Assembly (NCBI RefSeq): GCF_006345805.1
Contig: NC_043003.1
Coordinates: 40,300,001 to 40,364,000, forward strand
Direction of reading: 5' to 3'
Length of the DNA stretch: 64,000 nucleotides
Source of the DNA: Octopus sinensis
Taxonomy: Eukaryota
This document shows positions 53,087-63,967 of the stretch, piece by piece (position 1 is the first letter of the stretch; each line of letters opens with the position of its first letter). Made by a program: the position numbers and the translations under genes. The notes under the pieces were generated by a model. It was not told where the DNA came from, did not search any database, and saw nothing but the letters and a program-made list of their open reading frames with translations.

Positions 53087-53590
53087 GAGTGTGATTTAAT
53101 TACCTGATTTAATTTGTATATTTATTAGTTTATAACATAACCAGAATCTAGTCAGATATGTAGGTGTCAGCCATGGTTGTTGTTGCTGTGGCTGTGGCTG
53201 TTGTTGTTGTTGCTGTTTACGATGTTGTTTATGATATTGCTGCAGTTGTTGTTGGTGTTGTTTACGATACTGTTGCTGATGCTGTTGTTTGTCTCAGATT
53301 AACTCGTAACAGCCAGAACCATAATCAGAGGCGTAGGAGTGGCTGTGTGGTAAGTAGCTTGCTTACCAACCACATGGTTCCGGGTTCAGTCTCACTGCGT
53401 GGCACCTTGGGCAAGTGTCTTCTACTATAGCCTCGGGCCGACCAAAGCCTTGTGAGTGGATTTGGTAGACGGAAACTGAAAGAAGCCCATCGTATATATG
53501 TATATTTGTGTGTGTGTTTGTGTGGCTGGGTTAATATTTTCAGGTTAGGTTGTAGAATCGTTAATACGCCGGGCAAAATGCTTAACCGAA
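52206..53590. repeat. Inverted duplication of a SINE A / SINE B junction (52206-52465 and 53331-53590)
   Basis: Both arms share the locus-specific join gtgtggctg.gttaatattttcaggttag.ttgta.aatc.ttaatacgccgggcaaaatgcttaaccgaa. Confidence 0.9.
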
Positions 53591-53760
53591 TTTCGTCCGT
53601 CTTTACGTTCTGAGTTCAAATTCTGTCGCGGTCGACTTTACCTTTCATTCTTTTGAGGTCGGCTAAATAAGTACCAGTGGAGCACTGGGCTCAATGTAAT
53701 CGACTTTCCCCCTCCCACGAAATTGCTAGCATTGTGCGAAAATTTGAAATCATTATTTTC

Positions 53761-53972
53761 AGGTGAAAAATGTTAATTTGTGCTATGTTATATACGTCAC
53801 GCTTTTTGGACCTTCTTCAAAAATTCAACATAAATTTTTGGTAAAAAATTTTTGCTTGAAACATGGGCTAGTCCAACAGAAATTTTTTTTACCTTGAATT
53901 TATGTTGAATCTTTATGAAGATCCAAAAAGTGTGACGTGTGTGACATTGCACAAATATAACTTTTTGCACCT
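53761..53972. mobile_element. MITE candidate, ~75-bp imperfect TIRs
   Basis: aggtgaaaaatgttaatttgtgc...ttcaacataaatt vs aatttatgttgaa...gcacaaatataactttttgcacct. Confidence 0.65.
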
Positions 53973-54319
53973 AAAAATATTAACTTCTAATTCTTCTGAA
54001 TTTCTCAAGAGCAGCAAAAAATGCCCCATAATGTTTTCTTACATTGATGGACTGAAAAAAAGTGTAAGAGTATTGGATCGGAAGTATTGCGAAATTTGTT
54101 CCAGCTCTTTGCCTTCTGAGTTCAAATCCCACCAGGGTCTACTCGGGTGGTAAACTTAAGCCGTCAGCCGGTTAAATAAGATTACTTGATATCATGAATG
54201 CTTTTAACGGAGCCCACTCTGTTTTCGGGTCAGGTCTCCAGTTTGGGGATAACTTCCTCCCTCGCTACTTCGCTCCCTCCCACTGGTTTCAGAGTTCTTG
54301 TAAAGAGTCATGCGTACTA

Positions 54320-54710
54320 TTTTCTCTCTTGACTACATTTTACTTGCTTCAGTCATTGGACCGCAGCCATGTTAGGGCACTGCCTTGAAATATTTTAGAC
54401 GAATGAATCGTCTCCTCTAGTTATTGATATCTTACAAGCTTGCCACTTAATCTATTGGTCTCTTTTACCCGAACTGCTAAGATACGTGGACGTAAACAAA
54501 CCAACACCGACTGTCAAGAGGTGGTGACACACAGACAGACACACACACATATATACATATATATATACGAAGGTTTTCTTTCAGTTTCCGTCTATCAAAT
54601 CCACTCACAAAACTTTAGTCGGTTCGCGGTGTCATGCAGTGTCCCTCGCAGTGTGACTGAACCCAGGACCATGCGGTTGGGAAATGAACATCTTACCACA
54701 CAGTCGCAGA
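54320..54710 (-). mobile_element. SINE family A, diverged
   Basis: Colinear with family A. Confidence 0.8.
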
Positions 54711-55032
54711 AAAAAAAATCCCAATAAATCAAAGAAATATCCTGTAACACTATTCAGAAAATATTTTTAATTCTTCTGAATTCCACCTTAAGAAACAACA
54801 TTTAACTCTGAGTTCAAATTTGCTTTTTTGACCGATAAACCTGTGTAGAGTACAAACCTCAGTAGAGTACGAGAGTAATCAGTAATTTCCTGAATGGCGT
54901 ACCACATAGATTCTCCCATTTTACCCACACTTTTCGACTTATGTCAACAAGGCGTTCCCATGCTTCTTCAAAACATACAGGCAGCGTCACATGCCGATAA
55001 TATCAAACTTTGATTTGCTCACCATTCTCTAG

Positions 55033-55193
55033 AAACAGGAGTGGCTGTGTTGTAAGTAGCTTGTCTACCAACCATATGATTCCGGGTTCAGTCCCACTGC
55101 GTGGCACCTTGGGCAAGTGTCTTCTACTATAGCCTCGGGCCGACCAAAGCCTTGTGAGTGGATTTGATAGACGGAAACTGAAAGAAGTCCGTC

Positions 55194-55271
<78 letters not shown>

Positions 55272-55476
55272 TGTGTCTGTTTGTCCCCTAGCATTGCTTG
55301 ACAACCGATGCTGGTGTGTTTATGTCCCCGTTACTTAGCGGTTCGGCAAAAGAGACCGATAGAATAAGTACTGGGCTTACAAAAGAATAAGTCCCGGGGT
55401 CGAGTTGCTCGATTAAAGGCGGTGCTCCAGCATGGCCACAGTCAAATGACTGAAACAAGTAAAAGAGTAAAGAGTA
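55033..55476 (+). mobile_element. SINE family A, full length, low divergence
   Basis: aggagtggctgtgttgtaagtagc...ccttgggcaagtgtcttctactatagcctcgggcc...gactgaaacaagtaaaagagtaaagag. Confidence 0.95.
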
Positions 55477-55624
55477 TTTAGCCTTATGTAAACCTCACTA
55501 AAAGGATGGCTCTACAACAATAAACTTCTCTCTTCATATCAACAAGACCAGAGAGCACCAGGTACATCCAATCATCACACTGAATAACATAAACGTATTA
55601 CTGAGAGACAGATCGATCGCTATA

Positions 55625-55871
55625 TCTCTTTTACTCTTTTACTTCTTTCAGTTATTTTGACTGTGGCCATGCTGGAGCACCGCCTTTTAGTCGAAGATAT
55701 CTACTCCTGGACTTATTCTTTGTAAACCTGGTACTTATTCTATCGGTCTCTTTTGCCGAACCGTTAAGTTATGGGAACGTAAACACACCAGCATCGATTG
55801 TCAAGCGATGGTGGACACACACACACACACACACGCGCACACACACGCGCACACACACACAAACACACACA

Positions 55872-55905
<34 letters not shown>

Positions 55906-56064
55906 ACAACCTTCTTTCAGTTTCCGTCTACCAAATCCACTCACAAGGCTTTGGTCGAGTCAAGGCTATAGTAGAAGACACTTGCCCAAGGTACCACGCA
56001 GTAGAACTGAACCCGGAACCATGTGGTTGGGAAGCAAGCTTCGTAACACACACCCACTCCTGCG

Positions 56065-56068
<4 letters not shown>
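55625..56068 (-). mobile_element. SINE family A, full length (tail-to-tail with 55033-55476)
   Basis: Reverse-complement copy about 150 bp downstream of the previous one. Confidence 0.93.
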
Positions 56069-56110
<42 letters not shown>

Positions 56111-56118
56111 ATATATAT

Positions 56119-56354
56119 ACGAGAAAGAAGCAACAAGAATGGATTAGTTTTTAGTACAATTGTTTCATACAAAGACAGGCTTTATTACAAGTTGCAAAAA
56201 TTGCAGCAGATAAAAGTGTCCCGTACTCATCAGCTAAAATACATGAGTACGGGACACTTTTATCTGCTGCAATTTTTGCAACTTGTAATAAAGCCTGTCT
56301 TTGTATGAAACAATTGTACTAAAAACTAATCCATTCTTGTTGCTTCTTTCTCGT
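56119..56354. repeat. Perfect 112-bp inverted repeat with 12-nt loop
   Basis: 56119-56230 is the exact reverse complement of 56243-56354; loop cagctaaaatac. Confidence 0.97.
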
Positions 56355-56503
56355 TTATAATCACCCCACATTACTGTATGGTTAACACCATATAGTTTTT
56401 CTGGTGCATCTAAGTTAAGTACCACATTCAAGTAAATTCATTGGAATTTACTTGAATCTTAATTGCTTTGATTATATATATATATATATATAAATATATA
56501 CAT

Positions 56504-56534
<31 letters not shown>

Positions 56535-56699
56535 GAGAGAGAAAAGACAAAAATACTTGAAGTTACTACAATTCTCTCACAACATTTGCAACAAGCATAG
56601 GAGACCACAGCGTACAACCATACGTAGAAACAATCGTGAGTTCCAACTGGCTGCCAGATCGATAAGTCAGTGTAATGAAGAGTACAAGCTTAAGTAGAG

Positions 56700-56930
56700 T
56701 ACAAGAATAGCATTTTTCAGAACCTGCAAGTCGCAGGTGCTACATTTTGACATGAGGAAAAAAGGAGAAGCAACAACACTGGTGTACAGAAAACACATGT
56801 GTGTTCGTAATAAATTATACAAGTACTGCTGCAATCGATTCACAGCAAACCACAGTAAACTACAAAGACTGCGAAACTGCGCTCCACGTATTATAACACG
56901 TTGTGCATAGAGCTCAACCACAGACCACCA
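56700..56930 (+). mobile_element. Decayed L2/CR1-group LINE RT C-terminal remnant
   Basis: YKYCC...SKLQRLRNCAPRIIT resembles LDYC...KLQ.VQNRAARII. Confidence 0.45.
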
Positions 56931-56944
56931 ACACAACAGAACAA

Positions 56945-57325
56945 AATATTGACTTCCTATTTTGGCACAAGGCCAACAAGTTCGGGAGAGGGGTAAGCCA
57001 TCTACATCGACCCCTGTACGCAACTTGGTTCTTATTTTATCCACCCTGAAAGAATGAAAGGCAAAGTCAATTTCTGCGGAATTCGAACTCAGAACATAAA
57101 GACGGGCGAAATGTTGCTAAGCATTTTACCTGGCGTGCTAGCGATTCTTCTAGCACGCCGCCCTATACCGAAATAGTATTGATTTCAAATTTTGGCACGA
57201 GGCCAGTAAATTCGGAGGAGGGAATAAGTCGCTTACATCGACTCCAGTACTCAACTGGTACTTATGTTATAGACCCCGAGGGGATGAAAGGTAAAGTCGA
57301 CTTCGGCGGAATTTGAACTCAGAAA
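56945..57325 (-). mobile_element. Two tandem SINE family B copies
   Basis: ttttggcacaaggcc...aaggcaaagtc...gaactcagaa occurs twice. Confidence 0.85.
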
Positions 57326-57995
57326 GTAAAAACCACATCGTAAGTGGTGATATTGGAAATAATGTAATTTAAACAGTCGTATAAAAAGAGCTGTTATAGT
57401 ATAGGTGCTAGCATTAATAGTCAATAGTGCTGTTGTTTAAGTGGTAGTATTTATACTGCCCTTCTTTAGGCGGTAGCATCAGTTACACAAAAGATGTTAC
57501 TATCATTAAAGTTGTAGTTTAGGTGGTGGTATTCGCAGTTTTGCAGTTTAGGAGGTAGTATTAGTAGTGGTTTTAGTTTAGGTGGTACTTTTATTTGATT
57601 AGATTAGGAAGAGTTAATCTCGTTATCAATTCTAAAGCAATTTTCCTTTCATCTTATCTGATCAAATTATCGATCTTAACCAATCATGACGATGGTTGTG
57701 GTAGTGGTGGTGGGGATTGTAGTAGTGGTGGTAGTGTTAGTAACAAGTAGAAGGGGCGTTAATAGGCAGACTGGTAGTGGTAGTGCCGTTGTTGATGGTG
57801 AGTTGGTGATGGTGCTGCTAGTTGCATTTGTGGTGGTGGGAGTTGTGATATTGTTAATATTAGAGTAGGTGACGGTGGCGTTGGAGTTCGTTACGGTGGT
57901 GTGGTGATAGATGTCATGCTGGTGTGTGAGTGTGTGTATGTATGTGTGTTGTATGTATGTGTGTGTATGTATGTGTGTGTATGTATATATATATA

Positions 57996-58063
<68 letters not shown>

Positions 58064-59033
58064 CTGTGTGGTAAGAAGCTTGCTTCCCATCACATGGTTC
58101 CGGGTTCAGTTCCATTGCGTGGCACATTAGGCATTATAGAAAAAGTACCAGGCTTGAAAAATAAGAACTGGGGTCGATTTTTCAAGGCGGTACCCAAGCA
58201 TGACCTCCGTCAGCAGTCAAATGACCAAAAGAAGTAAAAGGTATAAAGATACGTGCAACATCATTAAGAGAGGTTTGAAAGTTTTGTCGTTCATCAAGAA
58301 AAAGAAAATGTTTAATCAGTCGGGTGTAATTTTCAAGCGCCTGTCCGGTTAGTTTCAAAAAGTTTCAACAATGTGGCCAGTTTCAACAAGGTAGGGAAAA
58401 TGCTTAAAGATTTGTTTTTTGCCTTTTCTCTCGACACATGTGGTTGAGTGTGGCTTCATTTATATTGTTTCCTAGAACAAATCCAGGAACGCAATTGGTA
58501 TGAAGTGACATCCAAATGCCATTATCAAATTTAGATTTGGATATCATGAAATTTGCAGAGATGCACCAATTACAAGGATCGCTTGTGTCTGATAAATGTT
58601 TAAAGTTGAAAATTTCATGCAGCGTTTTATTAAACTTTTTTTTCCAGAATGTTCGAATGTTAAAGTTTTGTTGGCTTTAAATAATAAATGATGTTCTATC
58701 CATTATTGTTCACATTGTGTCTTTGTTTTACAAACGGCCCTGCAACATGAAAAGACCTTCTGAAAGGTTTGTGATCCAAAAAAAAGGTTAAAAATGGCTG
58801 CTGTAAACAGGAAGTTGCAGTCTCATCAACCTTCTGTACTTTATGTTAGTTCACAATTTTCTCATTATTTATCGTTATGTCAATTTCGGGAATGTTTTAC
58901 AAGACAGCTTAAGCTAGAAGATTGCTTTTCGAGTCTTATGTATTCCGATTTTATGTTTTCGTGTTTTATATTTTACGCGTACATAAAGCTGTTTATAGAA
59001 TTTTGCTTTATTTTCTCCCAATTACCATTACTC

Positions 59034-59077
<44 letters not shown>

Positions 59078-59200
59078 ATGTGTGTGTGTGGTGTGTGTGT
59101 GTGTGTGTGCGTGCGCATGTACATATGTATGTATGTACACACACACATATATATAAACATATATACATATACACACGGTTTTATGCTAACTTATTCTAAG

Positions 59201-59238
<38 letters not shown>

Positions 59239-59290
59239 CACACACACGCACATTTTGTATTAGTCAAGATAAAGTGCATATTTCTATCTA

Positions 59291-59365
<75 letters not shown>

Positions 59366-59994
59366 TCTATTCTATTCTATTCTATTTTGTCTATATTTTT
59401 CAGCAAATCCGGTTACAGACTGCTATTTTGCAAGAGACAAAACATGTTACATTATGGAAATACATCAACGCACTGGAAAATTGAATAACTGCAGTTCAAA
59501 TCTGAGACTTTCGTTGTGTAGAATAGAGATAAGTTACCGGCGTCCACTGTACGTTTTCGACCCTTAACCAATACTTTTTCTGTTAGTTCTCTTCACCTGC
59601 ATCGCAAATACTTTTAGGAAAGAAACGAACATCACAAAATTACATTTACCCACCACAAGAAAAACGGGTACATGCAAGTCACAGTGTTTCTTTCTATTTT
59701 GAAACCCAAGTTCCCAGAAACTGTGCTGGGTTTAGGGTGTCTTCAGTGAGAGTGACGCCATGCCAACACGTATCTTTGAATACCTTAGACTCAATTTAAA
59801 CGGCTGCTGGAGATTCTGACAAATCGACTTTTGTCAGGGATCCTCAACCAACGCAATGCCGCCTAATCGAAGAATTAGCCAGCCTTAACAGACGCTAGTA
59901 GATCCCTCAAAGATATGAAGAAAAATATCCAAATATACAAAAGATCAAGAAATGGAAAAATAGCCAGAATACGGCGGCTGAAGGTAAACAATTC

Positions 59995-61925
59995 GGTTAA
60001 TATAGGGCGTAACAAATATCAGAAAATCAAAAAAAAAATGTGTGTAATAGGTGTAAAACAACTTCCTATGAACGAATATGAAAAAAAAAATTCGCGCACG
60101 CGAAAGGGGGGTGGGGGAGAGGCCTCGGAAAATTCACATCGGGAAGTTCCGAAAGCGTCTGAGAGGCTGACCCGGGCACCAAAACAAAAAAAAAATAGTG
60201 TAATATGTGTAAAACAACTTGCTCTAAACGAATATGACAAAAAAAAAATGCGCTCTCGCGAAAGAGGAGTGGGGGAGAGGCCTCGGAATATTTATATCGG
60301 GAATTTCCGAAAGCGTCTGAACCGGGCACAAAAACAAAAACAAAAACAGCGTAATAGGTGTAAAACAACTTGCTAAAACGACTATCATGAAAAAATGCGC
60401 GCTCGCGAAAGGGGGGTGGGGGAGAGGCTTCGGAAATTTCCCATCTTCAGTCCACGGCCTTTAAACTAAGAAAAAATAGTGTAATTGGTGTAAAACTACT
60501 TGTTCTAAACGAGTATCAAGAACACACACTCACACATGAATCATAAACTCCGTATTCGCAAAAAAAAAAAAAATAATAAAGAGAAGAAATTCTGGAAAAA
60601 GTGAAGAAATGTTGGATCTCATTCCTTGGTTAAAGCTATTTTAACATTAAATTATGCTTTTCTTTGAAATAGTTCAGATATATGCAATTCTTCTCACTTA
60701 TTAAGATGCATTTATCAGAAAAAAAGAGACAGAAAAAATTATTATTTTGTGTCAATCCTTCCCTAATTATCCTTTATTAATTAGTTTTGGCGTGTATTTT
60801 TTTCCCAAATTTATTTTTTCACCTTTACAACACTATTTAGTAAAGCAATTAATTATCTTTATAATTTGCATATTTGACTTATTAATCAAAATTCTCTAGA
60901 TGTAATATATACTAAGTAATGCATCCTTCATTTATGTGTTCCGTTCTGTATTATGCATGCGTGACTGTTTGTATGTAAGTGTGTTTAACTGTGCACATGA
61001 ATGTGAATATTAAAGAACGTATTTATTTACTATGATTGTTATTTTCAGAACAAATAAATCTTTTGGCTGTTATGTTATTGATGTTATTATTATTGCTAGT
61101 TAAAGGGTGGTGACTTGGCTGAATATTTTGAGTCTTGTAGTATGTAGTTGTGTTAGTCAATATTCTGAGTTCAAATCCAACTCATTTCTTTATCATCATT
61201 ATCGATGGACCACTCAAAGAGGTATGTATACATTATCATTTTCGTAACATAATTTCTGTAGTATTTCAAGATGTTTCTGACACGTATTTTGATTCACATG
61301 GCGGAGATCCAACATTTCTTCACTTTTTCCAGAATTTCTTCTCTTTATTTATTTTTTTTGCGAAATACGAAGTTTATGATTCATGTGTGAGTGTGTGTTC
61401 TTGATACTCGTTTAGAACAAGTAGTTTTACACCAATTACACTATTTTTTCTTAGTTTAAAGGCCGTGGACTGAAGATGGGAAATTTCCGAAGCCTCTCCC
61501 CCACCCCCCTTTCGCGAGCGCGCATTTTTTTCATGATAGTCGTTTAGAGCAAGTTGTTTTACACCTATTACGCTGTTTTTGTTTTTGTTTTTGTGCCCGG
61601 TTCAGACGCTTTCGGAAATTCCCGATATAAAATATCCGAGGCCTCTCCCCCACCCCTCTTTCTCGAGAGCGCATTTTTCTTTTCATATTCGTTTAGAGCA
61701 AGTGTTTTACACATATTACACTATTTTTTTTTTTGTTTTGGTGCCCGGGTCAGCCCCTCAGACGCTTTCGGAACTTCCCGATGTGAATTTTCCGAGGCCT
61801 CTCCCCCACCCCCCTTTCGCGTGCGCGAATTTTTTTTTTCATATTCGTTCATAGGAAGTTGTTTTACACCTATTACACACATTTTTTTTTTGATTTTCTG
61901 ATATTTGTTACGCCCTATATTAACC
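59995..61925. mobile_element. Foldback-like non-autonomous DNA transposon, 1,931 bp, ~625-bp TIRs, 8-bp TSD (Merlin- or MULE/FB-like)
   Basis: TIR ggttaatatagggcgtaac (59995-60620 / 61304-61925); TSD aacaattc at 59987-59994 and 61926-61933; arms built of ~150-bp subrepeats; no transposase seen. Confidence 0.9.
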
Positions 61926-61933
61926 AACAATTC

Positions 61934-62170
61934 TTATTTCTTTATTGCCCACAAGGGGCTAAACACTGAGAGGACAAACAAGGACAGACAAAGGGATTAA
62001 GTCGATTACATCGACCCCAGTGCATAACTGGTACTTAATTTATCGACCCCGAAAGGATGAAAGGTAAAGTCGACCTCGGCGGAATTTGAACTCAGAACGT
62101 AACGGCAGACGAAATACCGCAAAGCATTTCGTCCGTCGTGCTAACGTTTCTGCCAGCTCGCCGCCTTTGA
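61934..62170 (-). mobile_element. SINE family B, low divergence
   Basis: ttatttctttattgcccacaaggggctaaac...ctgccagctcgccgcctt. Confidence 0.92.
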
Positions 62171-62359
62171 AGGAAAGCAATTCTTGTAATAAGAAAGCCG
62201 GAGGGAATAATTAAAAAAAGACAAGCAGATAAAAACGTAACAAAAATCACAGGCCTAATACACACCATACATAAAATAGTTTGAACACAAGAAGGTACTG
62301 CATTTCATCAACTGTTGGTTATGTATTAAAATCACATATTGAAAATAGGACAACTGAAA

Positions 62360-62655
62360 TACTACTACTACTACTACAACTTTTTCATTGGCCCCCTTCG
62401 GTCGGAACTGACCAAGAGTAGTATCCTTGCAGTTTTCAGCTCGGCTGGAACTGCGTCTCCGATGGCTAAACAGACCTGTATGTGAGTAACAGTCTCTGTT
62501 ACATATCACACATTTGAATAAGGTGTTGTGAGTTTGTCGAAGTAACTGCGCTCCTTTTGCCGGTCTCACTTGTCTGCTGCTGTGCTCATTAACCATCCCC
62601 CCCCCCGACTTGAGGTGTTCATTCAGGCTGCTCTTCCATGTTGGCCAGTCAGCTG
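62360..62655 (-). mobile_element. RTE (BovB-like) LINE 3' fragment with (TAG)n tail
   Basis: ADWPTWKSSLNEHLKSG...FKCVICNRDCYSHTGLFSHRRR, then ggtcagttccgaccgaagggggcc and (gta)n. Confidence 0.8.
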
Positions 62656-62679
62656 CGATTAACTAATACTATTAATAAT

Positions 62680-62890
62680 CCTTTCTATTATAGGCACAAG
62701 GCCTGAAATTGTGGGGAAGGGGTCTAGTCGACAACATCAACTCCAGTGCTCAACTGGTACTTATTTCATCGACCTCGAAATGATGAAAGGAAAAGTCTAT
62801 CTCAGAGAGATTTGAACTCAAAATATAGAAAGTTGGGACAAACATCCTAAAGCAGTTTGTTCCAATACTCTAGTAATTCTGTCAAATCCA
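62680..62890 (-). mobile_element. SINE family B, diverged
   Basis: tataggcacaaggcctgaaatt...caactggtacttatttcatcgacc...tttgaactca. Confidence 0.75.
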
Positions 62891-63655
62891 CTAATTATTT
62901 CTAATATAAGTGCTAGGTCAGAATTTTCTGGTAGAAGAAGGGTGAGGATTAGAAGATTACCTCAGCCCTAGTATATGACAGGTACTTTATTTTTACCGAC
63001 CGTGTAGAAATGAGAGATAAAGTCGATTCATGGTAGGTGGTGAAAAATTGTGTCGACAACAACTATGATGATGAGAATGCTGATGGTGAGGAAGATAGTG
63101 ATGATGACGATGATGATGATGATGATGACAGATATGTCGACGACGATTGGGGTGATTTTGGTTTTGATAATTTTGCTGCTATAGCTGATGTGGATGAATG
63201 ATGATGATAATGATGACGACAACAACGATGATGATGGTGATGATGATAATCATGGTGGGATTACTGCAGTTGATGATGATGATGAGGGTGCTGTTGGCAC
63301 TGCTGCCGCCGCTGCTGCTGCTAAGAATGGTTATGACGGTAGCAGTAATGAAGATAGTGATGATGGCAGTCGTGACACAATGAAAGCGAAGAGGACAAGC
63401 GAAATTCGTCCATCCTTCTGTTAAATCCTCACCTCCATTACCCATCACCACACCACCACCACCGCCACCACTATAACAACCACATCACCGCAACCATCAC
63501 AATCGCCGCCGCCGCCGCCACTGTGTTCACCGCCACCTCCTCCGCCGTCATAACTAAATTTATTCATCCCAGAATACCTCAACACACAACACGAAGTCGC
63601 ACGCAACACCACACCTATCTACTCCAAAGCAGCTGCCCACCGTACTCTTCTTTCT

Positions 63656-63693
<38 letters not shown>

Positions 63694-63858
63694 ACTGTCT
63701 GTCTGTCTCTGTCTGTCTCTCTCATATCTCCCACTTCTACTCTCAAGTACTCTATACCGCTTTTATGAATGGAAGAACAAAAGAACATTTTCAAAATACT
63801 CACCATATTGGAATTATTCTACACACAGGTGCCATCCCGCGTACGCATACACACACAC

Positions 63859-63910
<52 letters not shown>

Positions 63911-63919
63911 CATACACAC

Positions 63920-63967
<48 letters not shown>

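Noticed and set aside
59995-60520. Subrepeat array as a CRISPR-like locus
   Set aside because: Eukaryotic context, whole ~150-bp units are homologous with no unique spacers, and no cas genes.
59915-61930. ORFs 59915-60376, 60019-60368, 61554-61901 and 61721-61930 as transposase
   Set aside because: They lie in the TIR subrepeats, mirror each other, and show no DDE or DNA-binding motif.
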